64,000 bases of DNA, taken from NCBI GenBank assembly GCA_963779755.1, contig CAVZZO010000001.1, forward strand, positions 704,001-768,000, read 5' to 3'. A model generated the notes under the pieces. That model was not told the origin of the DNA, made no database searches, and saw nothing but the letters and a program-made list of their open reading frames with translations. Source of the DNA: an uncultured Gemmatimonadales bacterium. GTDB taxonomy: Bacteria; Gemmatimonadota; Gemmatimonadetes; Gemmatimonadales; GWC2-71-9. Position numbers and translations under genes: made by a program. This document shows positions 19,345-28,148 of the stretch, one piece after another (the stretch's first letter is position 1; each line of letters begins with the position of its first letter).

Positions 19345-21656
19345 GGTGCCGGCGTTCCCGCGGGCAGCCGCTCCACGCGCACGGCGCACTTGCTGCCGTC
19401 CGGCTCCCCCGACAGCGGGCAGGCCGCATCGAGCATGAGACGCTTGACCGGCAGGTTCTCGTCGAAGTCCGGCGCGAACAGGTGGCCCACCGGCGGCTGC
19501 GACCGATAGTCGATACGCGCCTCCATCACCAGCGATCCCCGGCGGCTCACCACACGGACCATCTCCCGGTTGCGGATGCCGAGGCGCCGCGCGTCTTCCC
19601 GATTGATCTCCACGTAGGCGTGCGGCAGCGCCCGGTGCAGTGCCGGGATCCGCTGGGTGAGTGTCCCCGTGCCCTGATGCTCGAGCACCGCGCCGGTGGT
19701 GAGCCAGAACGGGTAGGCATGATCAGGAGCTTCTGCCGGCGGCTCATAGGGGCGCAGCCAGATCCAGGCCCGGTGGTCCGGGTGGCCGTAGAAGTCGTAC
19801 TCCCCCTTGCCGGCCTCTGCGGCGGGATCGTGGGCCGTGCTGTAGCGCCACTGGACTCCCCGATCGGTGGGGTAGGGCCAGTACGGCCACTGCACGCCCG
19901 GCTGGGAGCGCAGCGCGCTCAGGAGCGGGAGCCGGTCGGGAGCCTCGTCGTGGAAGTGGCGGTATTCCTCCCAGATCTGCTCCACGTGGCGGCTGGGGTC
20001 ATAAGGGAAGAGCTTCGCAAAGCCCAGACGACGCGCGACTTCGATCGTGAGCCAGGCGTCGCCCGTGGCATCGCCCGGCGGCCCCACCAGCCGGTCGAAC
20101 TGCTGGATACGGCGTTCGACGTTGGCGTAGAGGCCCTCCCGCTCAAACCAGAGGGCCGCGGGGAGCACCACATCGGCTACGTCGGTGCTCGCCGTGGGAT
20201 AGGCCGCCGAGACCACGAGGAAGCGGTCCGGCCGGGCCGCGGCGCGGCGGTACCGGTCCAGATCCGGCAGGCTCACCATCGGGTCAGTGGACTGGATCCA
20301 GAGCAGGCGGATGTCTCCAGACTCCAGCCGGCGGAACATCCCCAGCACCGGGGCCGCTGGCCGGAGATCGATCCGCTCCAACGGCACGCCCCAGATTTCG
20401 GCGGCGCGGCGGCGGTCGGCCTTGTTCCGTACCGTTCCACGGGGCAGCGCGTCGGTCAGGCTGCCGGCGTCATGCACCGCGCACCCGCCACTAGGCTGTT
20501 CGCTGAGTCCCAGGGCCCCGTTGCCGGGGCTGGCGATCTTGCCCACCAGCAGATGGAGATTGTACAGCGCGTTGTTGGCCCAGGTCCCTCGGATATCCTG
20601 ATTCACGCCTCGGCCCCAGACGGACATCACCCGCCGCAGCGGATCCCCATAGAGCGAGGCCAGCCAGCGGATGTCCGCCACCTGCATGCCGGAGAGGGCC
20701 TGGACCCGCTCGGGCCGGTAGTCCGAGAGGAACGCCACGTAGTCGTCCCACGTGGCGTCGGCCGGCTGCTCCAGGGCCAGGGTGTCGCCGGCGTCCGCTC
20801 CGAAATCGGTGCGCCCGCGCTGGAACGCGACATGCCGGTCGAGAAAGGCGTTGTCGGCCCAGTTGCGGGCGACGATCTCCTGGCAGATCCCATGGGCGAT
20901 GGCCAGCGTGGCGTGCGGCTGGTACAGCAGGACCTGATCGGCGGCGTAGCTGGTGCGGGTGGCGCGGGTGGCGAGACAGACGATCCGGACGGCCGGATCG
21001 CGCCGCTTCCGCTCCAGCATGCGGGAGAACAGCACCGGGTCGGTCTCGGCCAGGTTGATGTCCCAGAGGACGATGACGTCCGCGTGGTCGATGTCCTCGT
21101 AGCAGCCTGGGGCGCCGTCCTGGCCGAAGCTGCTCCGGAGACCGGCGCTGATGCTGCCGGCGTACAGCCGCGAGCTGGTCTCGATGTTGTTCGTACCCAG
21201 GGCCCCTTTGAACAGCTTGGCCGCGACGTAGGCGTCGGGAATGCTCCAACCGGCCGAGCCGTACATCGCGACGCTGTCCTTGCCGTGCTCCCGCACGGTG
21301 TCCCGGATCCGCTGCGCCACCAGGTCCAGCGCCTCGCCCAGCGGGACCGACACCAGGCCTCCTCCGCGCCGCACCATCGCCTGCCGGATCCGGTCGCGGC
21401 CGTAGAGCGCCTCGACGGAGTTGTAGCCTTTGGCGCAGGCGGACCCCTGGCTCACCGGCGAATCCGGATCGCTCCTGACTGCCACCGCGCGGCCGTTCTG
21501 GATCCCCACCAGCAAACCGCACCCCACACCGCACAATTCGCAGGGTGCTCGTTTCCAGGCCGGTCCGAGAACCGGCAAGACAATCCGGGGGGCGACGACT
21601 GCGGCGGAGGCAAGACCGGCGCTCCCGAGAAACGTCCTGCGGGTGACTCGTCTCAT
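19341..21656 (-). CDS. NapA-like molybdopterin oxidoreductase-family protein, atypical active site
   Basis: Tat TRRTFL; CELCGVGC..CAKG Fe-S motif; NapA-like blocks throughout, but SRLYAGS replaces ARHCMAS. Confidence 0.85.
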   Translation of the reverse strand: MRRVTRRTFLGSAGLASAAVVAPRIVLPVLGPAWKRAPCELCGVGCGLLVGIQNGRAVAVRSDPDSPVSQGSACAKGYNSVEALYGRDRIRQAMVRRGGGLVSVPLGEALDLVAQRIRDTVREHGKDSVAMYGSAGWSIPDAYVAAKLFKGALGTNNIETSSRLYAGSISAGLRSSFGQDGAPGCYEDIDHADVIVLWDINLAETDPVLFSRMLERKRRDPAVRIVCLATRATRTSYAADQVLLYQPHATLAIAHGICQEIVARNWADNAFLDRHVAFQRGRTDFGADAGDTLALEQPADATWDDYVAFLSDYRPERVQALSGMQVADIRWLASLYGDPLRRVMSVWGRGVNQDIRGTWANNALYNLHLLVGKIASPGNGALGLSEQPSGGCAVHDAGSLTDALPRGTVRNKADRRRAAEIWGVPLERIDLRPAAPVLGMFRRLESGDIRLLWIQSTDPMVSLPDLDRYRRAAARPDRFLVVSAAYPTASTDVADVVLPAALWFEREGLYANVERRIQQFDRLVGPPGDATGDAWLTIEVARRLGFAKLFPYDPSRHVEQIWEEYRHFHDEAPDRLPLLSALRSQPGVQWPYWPYPTDRGVQWRYSTAHDPAAEAGKGEYDFYGHPDHRAWIWLRPYEPPAEAPDHAYPFWLTTGAVLEHQGTGTLTQRIPALHRALPHAYVEINREDARRLGIRNREMVRVVSRRGSLVMEARIDYRSQPPVGHLFAPDFDENLPVKRLMLDAACPLSGEPDGSKCAVRVERLPAGTPAP

Positions 21657-21717
21657 GGATTCCTGACGGGGACTCTAGGGATGCCGCGAAGCCCGACTGC
21701 GGTCATCCAAGACTTAT

Positions 21718-21764
21718 TAAGAGAGATTAAAGGTTTCAGGAAGGCGCGATGAAGGCTCCTTAAA
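21718..21764 (-). promoter_or_regulatory. Putative operator, 11-bp-phased repeats (copy 2)
   Basis: Minus strand TTTAA-GGAGC-CTTCA-TCGCGCC-TTCCTGAA-A-CCTTT; same spacing as copies 1 and 3. Confidence 0.55.
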
Positions 21765-21829
21765 GCCGCAGATTCGCTCCGCCGATGAACGCCGTGCTAC
21801 CAGTCGGCGGTCCGGCGGTGAAACCTGAC

Positions 21830-22630
21830 GGCGGCCCTGGTACAGCGCGGTTGGCTCAGGTCAGTTTATGGAACCGCAGATTACACAGATTACACAGATT
21901 ACGCAGATTGGCTCCGATGCCTGCGGCGCACTCCATGGCGCGTTGCCGGGCGACTCATAGAAAACATTCTGTTCACTTTTTTGGTGGGTGACTGGGTTGG
22001 ATCGGCGTGCCACCCGGGTCTGCGTAATCTGCGGCTACCTCAACGGATCCGTCCTGCTCGCCATGGTCGGCGGACCGGTTGTGGATCCTGACGGCGGCCC
22101 TGGTACAGCGCGGTTGGCTCAGGTCAGTTTATGGAACCGCAGATTACACAGATTACGCAGATTGGCTCCGATGCCTGCGGCGCACTCCATGGCGCGTTGC
22201 CGGGCGACTCATAGAAAACATTCTGTTCTCTTTTTTGGTGGGTGACTGGATTGGATCGGCGCGCGGCCCGGGTCTGCGTAATCTGCGGTTACCTCAACGG
22301 ATCCGTCCTGCTCGCCATGGTCGGCGGACCGGTTGTGGATCCTGACGGCGGCCTTGGTACAGCGCGGTTGGCTCAGGTCAGTTTATGGAACCGCAGATTA
22401 CACAGATTACACAGATTACGCAGATTGGCTCCGATGCCTGCGGCGCACTCCATGGCGCGTTGCCGGGCCGCCACAAAGAACAAGTGTTCTCTCTTTCTTC
22501 TGGGTGAGCGGGGCTAGGATCGGCGCGCCGCCCGCGGCGGAAGTAATCTGCGTACATCTGCGTAATCTGCGGCTAACTCAATCGATCCGTCCTGCTGGCC
22601 GGGGTCCGCCGACCGGCTGCGGACCCCGCC
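21830..22630. repeat. Array D: three units of ~254-263 bp
   Basis: Anchor GGCTCAGGTCAGTTTATGGAACCGCAGATT at 21853, 22116, 22370. Confidence 0.9.
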
Positions 22631-22839
22631 GGGACGCTGGGATCCATGCGATCCCGTGCCGGGCCCACCCTGCTCCTGCCGGCCGTCAGCGCCTCCGTCG
22701 GGAATACGGTGAGGCCGACGCCGATCTAGAAGGGGAGAGGAGGCGATATCCCCCAGAAGCGGGCTAGAAGCCAAGGAAAAGCCAAGGGGCCGGAGACGGC
22801 CGCTGTGGACTTTCTTTTCCCCCAACTAAAGGAGCGAGG

Positions 22840-23349
22840 ATGCGCGTCAGCGATCTTGAACGCCTGTACGACTATCACTACTGGGCCAACCGGCGATTGC
22901 TCGGAGCTGTCTCCTGGCTTACGCCGGAGCAATTCACCCGGTCCATCGCCGGCAGTTACGGCTCGATTCGGAATACCCTGGTCCACATTCTGAGCGCCGA
23001 GTGGGGCTGGCTCGATCGGTGTGGCGGCCACCAACGGGGCGAGCGGTTGAATCCGCGGGATTACGCGACCGTCGAAGCGGTTGCCCAGGCCTGGGCCCGG
23101 GTGGAGGGGCACGTCCGGAGCTTCCTGTCCGGCCTCGAGGATGAGGACCTGACACGCAGTATCGAATTCACCATCGGCGGTGGCCCTGAACAGTCGGCTC
23201 CGCTGGGGGATCTGCTGCAGCACGCGGCGGTGCACGCGGTGCATCATCGGGGACAAGTGGCTCTGCTGTTGCGCGTCCTGGGCTATGTGCCTGGCAATTT
23301 CGACCTGCTCCTGTACGTCGGCGAGGAACGCGACGCACCTGCCCTCTGA
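22840..23349 (+). CDS. DinB family protein
   Basis: YHYWANRR, GSIRNTLVHILSAE..W, HAVHHRGQ; AAGGAG RBS. Confidence 0.9.
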   Translation: MRVSDLERLYDYHYWANRRLLGAVSWLTPEQFTRSIAGSYGSIRNTLVHILSAEWGWLDRCGGHQRGERLNPRDYATVEAVAQAWARVEGHVRSFLSGLEDEDLTRSIEFTIGGGPEQSAPLGDLLQHAAVHAVHHRGQVALLLRVLGYVPGNFDLLLYVGEERDAPAL

Positions 23350-23394
23350 TTTTCAGGCGAATCATGGAGACTAGCGGACCCGCTGTAGACACTG

Positions 23395-24330
23395 CCGGCG
23401 GCCCTGGTACAGCGCGGTTGGCTCAGATCAGTTTATGGAACCGCAGATTACACAGATTACGCAGATTGGCTCCGATGCCTGCGGCACTCCCCGGAGCGTT
23501 GCCCGGGTGACTCATAGAAACTTGTGTTCCTGTTTCGGTGGGTGACTGGATTGGATCGGCGCGCCGCCCGGGCCGGAGGTAATCTGCGTACATCTGCGTA
23601 ATCTGCGGCCGCGGACCGGTTGTGGATCCTGACGGCAACCTTGGTGCTGACGGTTGGCCCAGGTCCGTTTAGTGATCCACAGATTACACAGATTACGCAG
23701 ATTGACTCCGATGCCAGCGGCACTCCATGGCGCGTTGCCGGGCCGCCACAAAGAACAATTGTTCTCTCTTTTTTCTGGGTGAGCGGGGCTAGGATCGGCG
23801 CGCCGCCCGGGCCGGAGGTCATCTGCGTACATCTGCGTAATCTGCGGTTACCTGAACGGATCCGTCCTGCTCGCCATGGTCCGCGGACCGGTTGTGGATC
23901 CCGGCGGCGGCCCTGATACAGCGGGGTTGGCTCAGGTCCGTTTAGTGATCCACAGATTACGCAGATTACGCAGATTGACTCCGATGCCTGCGACACTCCG
24001 TGGAGCGTTGCCGGGCCGCCACAAAGAACAATTGTTCTCTCTTTTTTCTGGGTAGTCGGGGTTAGCATCGGCGCGCCGCCCGTGGCGGAAGTAATCTGCG
24101 TACATCTGCGTAATCTGCGGCTACCTCAGCCGATCCGTCCTGCTCTTTTCATGGTCCTCGGACCGGTCGTGGATCCTGACGGCAACCTTGGTACTGACGG
24201 TTGGCCCAGGTCCGTTTGGTGATCCACAGATTACACAGATTTACGCAGATTTTGCTCCCATGCCTGCAGCGCTCCGTGAAGCGTTGCCGGGCCGTCACAA
24301 AGGGCCGCATTCTTTTCTTTGTTGTTATTA
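23395..24330. repeat. Array E: four units related to array D, the last incomplete
   Basis: CAGATTAC arms near 23444, 23680, 23953 and 24226 with homologous interiors and linkers. Confidence 0.9.
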
Positions 24331-24342
24331 CCAGCAGTTGTT

Positions 24343-24379
24343 CTTCGCGTGTCTTCGCGCTCTTGGCGTCTTCGCGGTT
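24343..24379. repeat. Lone right arm of a second 9-mer family (CTTCGCGxx)n-GGTT
   Basis: CTTCGCGTGTCTTCGCGCTCTTGGCGTCTTCGCGGTT; matches arms at 42674 and 54844. Confidence 0.7.
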
Positions 24380-24394
24380 TCATTCGTCCATGAC

Positions 24395-24853
24395 TCAGCC
24401 GTAATGCTCCGCCAGTCGCTCCAGGAACGGCATCTGACCGCTCAGGATCCTCCGGCGCGCCTCCTCCAGCCCGAACCAGGCTGCCCGGTCCACTTCGGGG
24501 AACTCCACCATCCGCCCCGACCCCTTCGGCAACTCAAGCGGAAAGGTGTTGCTCCGGAGCGCCCCCGGGTCGGCGTCACGCCCGAGAGCCCAGGCATGCA
24601 CGACTTTCCCGCCAGGCTGCTTCACCTGGCCCAGGCTGACGGCTTCGCCCTGGGTATCGAAGCCGGTCTCCTCGGCCACCTCGCGGCGGGCGGCGGTCAG
24701 CGGATCCTCACCCGGCAGAATCTCGCCCTTGGGGATGGACCACGCCCCCAGGTCCTTCCGCGCCCAGAACGGGCCACCGGGATGGACCAGTAGCACCTCG
24801 AGGCCGGCGGGCCCGCTGCGGAAGAAGAGCAGGCCGGCGCTGATCCGGGGCAT
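24395..24853 (-). CDS. NUDIX hydrolase
   Basis: SAGLL, LLVHPGGPFW, Nudix box GEILPGEDPLTAARREVAEETG, FPEVDRAAWF. Confidence 0.9.
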   Translation of the reverse strand: MPRISAGLLFFRSGPAGLEVLLVHPGGPFWARKDLGAWSIPKGEILPGEDPLTAARREVAEETGFDTQGEAVSLGQVKQPGGKVVHAWALGRDADPGALRSNTFPLELPKGSGRMVEFPEVDRAAWFGLEEARRRILSGQMPFLERLAEHYG

Positions 24854-24917
24854 GAGAATGGCAGGAACCAGGGACCAGGAATCGGGAATCAGGGCTCAGC
24901 TGGAGGCGGTCCCCTCC

Positions 24918-25226
24918 TCATCCCTGGTCCCCGACTCCCGGCCCCTCTCTCAGAGACATCACTACTTCGGCGATCCGCAGGTCCGGCTCGCCCGTGACCT
25001 GGTAGGCTTCCGGAATGGTCCGGGCCAGCTCGGAGCCGCGAAACCGATCCAGCGACTCGCGGGAATCCCAGAGGTACACCGCGCCGTGCTCTCCCCCGGC
25101 ATAGCTGAGGTAGTACTTCTGGATCAGACCGGGGACCTGGCGGTAGCGTTTCGCCCTGGTCTGGTATTGCGCGTAGACTTCGTCCGGCGAGAGCGCCGAC
25201 TTGAAGCGGACGATGTAGGCAATCAT
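24918..25226 (-). CDS. YdhR/monooxygenase-like small protein
   Basis: VPGLIQKYYL, GAVYLWDSRES; C-terminal part of the 24918..25841 ORF, ATG at 25226. Confidence 0.75.
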   Translation of the reverse strand: MIAYIVRFKSALSPDEVYAQYQTRAKRYRQVPGLIQKYYLSYAGGEHGAVYLWDSRESLDRFRGSELARTIPEAYQVTGEPDLRIAEVVMSLREGPGVGDQG

Positions 25227-25311
25227 GGCTGGTACCCATCCGGCTGTGCCCAGGCGTAGTGTTAAGGCCGCTGCCGGTCGTACGCAAGCACCCCGGAGCG
25301 CTGCGCCAGGC

Positions 25312-26961
25312 TCAGTCGGCGGACTCCGCCGGCCGGGCCGGCACATCGGCCTCCGCCCCGACGGCGCGGAACCGTTGCGCGGCCTCGGCCGCTTCGCCGT
25401 GGCGTCCCTGCGCCTCCAGCGCGAGCGCCAGCCCGTGCAACGACCAGCCGTTGTCGGGGAAGCGCTGCAGGTCCTCCCGGAACACCCGCTCCGCCGCCCG
25501 GGGCTGGTCCGCCGCCAGCAGAACCCGGCCCAACTCCTGGCGCACGGGGATGGTCCAGTCCGGCGGCTCGCCGTAGGTGAGCGCGTCCTCCCGCCGCGCC
25601 GCTTCGCGCAGGTGCGACTCGGCCGCAGGCCACTCCGCCCGCGCGGCGGCGATGTGGCCTGCGAGTACCTCGTCCGCGATGCCCAGGACGGCGCCGGAGT
25701 AGTTGAATTCCAGACGCAACGCGGCGAGGTCTGGACTGGTCGCGGCCGCATGCAGATGCGCCAGCTCGGTCTCCGCCGCGTGGGTCTTTCCCAGGGCGGC
25801 CAGCGCGCGGCCGCGCGCGTAGTGCCACATGGCGCGCGCATGCGGCAGATCCGCGGCGGGCGCCGCCGCTGCCAGAATGTCCTCCCACCGCTCGAACCGG
25901 ACCTTGAGCTGGAGGTGGCGGGTCCGGTGGTGCTGCACGAACGCCATGCCCGGCTCCCGCAGCATTTCCGGCGGCGCCAGCGTGGCCAGCCGCTCGGCCG
26001 CGCCCAGCGACTGCTCGCTGCGGCCGATCATGCTGGCGGCGAAGGCCAGGAAATCGTAGTTGTGGGGGTAATAGCCCGCGACATACACGCCGAACACGGG
26101 ATTCTGGTCCTGAATCCAGGACTCGTCCATATGCACGGCGTGCTGATTAGCGCGGATGGCCTCCGCATAGCGTCCCACCCGCACGTAGATATGGCCCGGC
26201 ATGTGGACCAGGTGCCCCGCGCCAGGCATGAGCCCGGCCAGCCGTTCGGCCGCCGCCACCGCCCGTTCGGGCTGCACCGCTTCCACCGCGTGGATATAGA
26301 AATGATTGGCGCCCGGGTGGCGGGGATCCGCCAGCATCACCGTCTCCAACTGCTCCAGCAGCTCGGTGGTGCCGGCCCGTGGCATTCCATCCCGCTGCCA
26401 GTAGTTCCAGGGACTCAGATCCATCAGGGCTTCGGCGTAGAGCGTGCGCGCTTCGGCATCGTCCGGGAAGTGGGCCACGACGTCCTTCATGCCCGCGGCG
26501 TAGGCCGAGTCCAGAGCCGCACGATGAGCCGGAGGAACGGCGAGATAGCGGCGGCTCAACGCCCCGATCAGCGCCTGCTCACCGGCGCTCGAGCGCTGCG
26601 CCACCTCCACTGCCCGCTGCAGGGCCTGGAAGGCCGCCCTGCCCGAAACCGAATCCATGGGGAGATTGATATTGGGCCCGTAAGACAGAGCCACGCCCCA
26701 GAAACACATGGCGCACCCGGGGTCGCGCCGGGCGGCTTCCTCGAATGAGCGGATGGCCTCGGCATGGTTGAAGGCGTAGTACAGCCGCAGCCCCTGGTCG
26801 AAATATTTCTGCACCAGTGAATCGTGCGTACTGACGGCGTAATGATGGTCGCCGAGATTCCCGTACAAGGGAACCGCGCGGGCGGATTCCTGTCCGTGCG
26901 CGGGCGCAGCAGTGACGGCCAGTCCGGCAAGCCAGAGCAGGGAGATGATCCGGGTTTCCAT
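25312..26961 (-). CDS. Secreted TPR-repeat protein
   Basis: Signal peptide; FDQGLRLYYAFNH, HPGANHFYIHAVE, HLVHMPGHIY; TPR-like helices; GGAGG RBS. Confidence 0.85.
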   Translation of the reverse strand: METRIISLLWLAGLAVTAAPAHGQESARAVPLYGNLGDHHYAVSTHDSLVQKYFDQGLRLYYAFNHAEAIRSFEEAARRDPGCAMCFWGVALSYGPNINLPMDSVSGRAAFQALQRAVEVAQRSSAGEQALIGALSRRYLAVPPAHRAALDSAYAAGMKDVVAHFPDDAEARTLYAEALMDLSPWNYWQRDGMPRAGTTELLEQLETVMLADPRHPGANHFYIHAVEAVQPERAVAAAERLAGLMPGAGHLVHMPGHIYVRVGRYAEAIRANQHAVHMDESWIQDQNPVFGVYVAGYYPHNYDFLAFAASMIGRSEQSLGAAERLATLAPPEMLREPGMAFVQHHRTRHLQLKVRFERWEDILAAAAPAADLPHARAMWHYARGRALAALGKTHAAETELAHLHAAATSPDLAALRLEFNYSGAVLGIADEVLAGHIAAARAEWPAAESHLREAARREDALTYGEPPDWTIPVRQELGRVLLAADQPRAAERVFREDLQRFPDNGWSLHGLALALEAQGRHGEAAEAAQRFRAVGAEADVPARPAESAD

Positions 26962-27030
26962 GGCTGTCCTCCGCAGACTCAGGGGGCGGATGGGGTGTTC
27001 CCGCTCTACGCGGGTGGGCGCGCCCGGGTG

Positions 27031-27537
27031 TCAGGGGGCACGGTGGCCCCGCGGGTGACCTGTGGAGTCCGGCCTTGCCGCCGTCCCGGTTCCCAGGGTC
27101 TGCAGCCGCGCGAGCAGAACCTCCGCATCGGCTACACTGAGCAGCACGGCATAGTCCTTCGTGGTCGGGATGTACACCACCCGCCGCCGGTCGGTGAGAT
27201 ACACCAGCGCCTTCTCGCCATTGGCCAGCCGGAACCAGCCGGCGCCATAGCCCGGCAACCCGGTGCCGAACCGGCGGCTCACCGGCATCAGGCTGTCCCG
27301 CACATCCAGATCCACCAGCTCGGCGGCGCCGCCGCGCAGCTGCGCGGCCGGGATCATCCGCCCGTAGAGCCCGCCGTGGAGCCGCAGGCCGGCGGGAGAC
27401 AGCTCGAACCAGGCGCGCTGCGAAGCCCAGCCTTCGGCGGCCAGCACGGCGAGCACCACCAGCATCAGTGCGAAGATAGGCAGGAGGAGCCAGAAGGGCC
27501 TGGCGCCGGCGGGTACGATGTGAAAAACGCTGCTCAT
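27031..27537 (-). CDS. Bacterial PH-domain membrane protein
   Basis: N-terminal TM; GTGLPGYGAGWFRLANGEKALVYLT. Confidence 0.75.
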   Translation of the reverse strand: MSSVFHIVPAGARPFWLLLPIFALMLVVLAVLAAEGWASQRAWFELSPAGLRLHGGLYGRMIPAAQLRGGAAELVDLDVRDSLMPVSRRFGTGLPGYGAGWFRLANGEKALVYLTDRRRVVYIPTTKDYAVLLSVADAEVLLARLQTLGTGTAARPDSTGHPRGHRAP

Positions 27538-27606
27538 GGCGGATGCTCCGGAAGAAGAGGCATCGAGGAGCGGCCGGTCATTCCGGCCGGCAGGCCGTTG
27601 CCGGCT

Positions 27607-28086
27607 TCAGGGTTCCTGCTGGATCAGGGGCAGCAGTCGCGAGTCCTCCACGGCCGCCTGCCGATGCCCCAGCCCGGCGAGATATGCCGTATTCGACGCG
27701 AACGCGCGAAAGGCTTCGGGGCTGTGGTGGCGGACCAGCATCGCCAGATCCCACCGCTCGTGGGGAGGGCCAATGAGATAGTCGCCCCCCGAGCCCAGGA
27801 AAAGGAGCGTGCCGCCCGATGCCTCCAGGAACGGCCGGGTATGCTCTACGTAGCGCTGGTAGGCCTCGGCCCCGGAGATGGGCTCCGCCGGCGCCAGGTC
27901 CGGTGCGGCGGAATAATCGGCCGTCGCACGGAAGCGCAGCAGGTTCAGCATCACGACCGGCCCGGTGATGCCGCGGGTGAAATACTTCCGTCCGGCTTCC
28001 TGAGTGGGTTCCTCCCTCCGCTGTCGGCGAAGTGGCCGGAATAGACCAACGGTGCCGGTGCCATGGGCGCCCCCCTCGCCTCGCAC
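27607..28086 (-). CDS. DUF1330-like protein (start uncertain)
   Basis: GPVVMLNLLRFR, SGAEAYQRY, WDLAMLVRH, HRQAAVEDSRL. Confidence 0.75.
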   Translation of the reverse strand: MRGEGGAHGTGTVGLFRPLRRQRREEPTQEAGRKYFTRGITGPVVMLNLLRFRATADYSAAPDLAPAEPISGAEAYQRYVEHTRPFLEASGGTLLFLGSGGDYLIGPPHERWDLAMLVRHHSPEAFRAFASNTAYLAGLGHRQAAVEDSRLLPLIQQEP

Positions 28087-28148
28087 TGATCGCCCGCCAC
28101 CAGAACGCGTGTGCCGTCGCGTGCGCCGCGTACCAATATATTCCCCCC

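Noticed and set aside
21162..21164. Selenocysteine or recoding at the active site
   Set aside because: The codon is TAC (Tyr), not TGA.
19341..21656. Gene symbol napA / nitrate respiration call
   Set aside because: The Mo-ligand Cys and several pocket residues are absent; no napD or napC in the window.
19482..21752. Long antisense ORFs (also 2097-3854, 27951-29909, 47935-50580, 60543-62837)
   Set aside because: Shadow frames of real genes in high-GC DNA, with no motifs.
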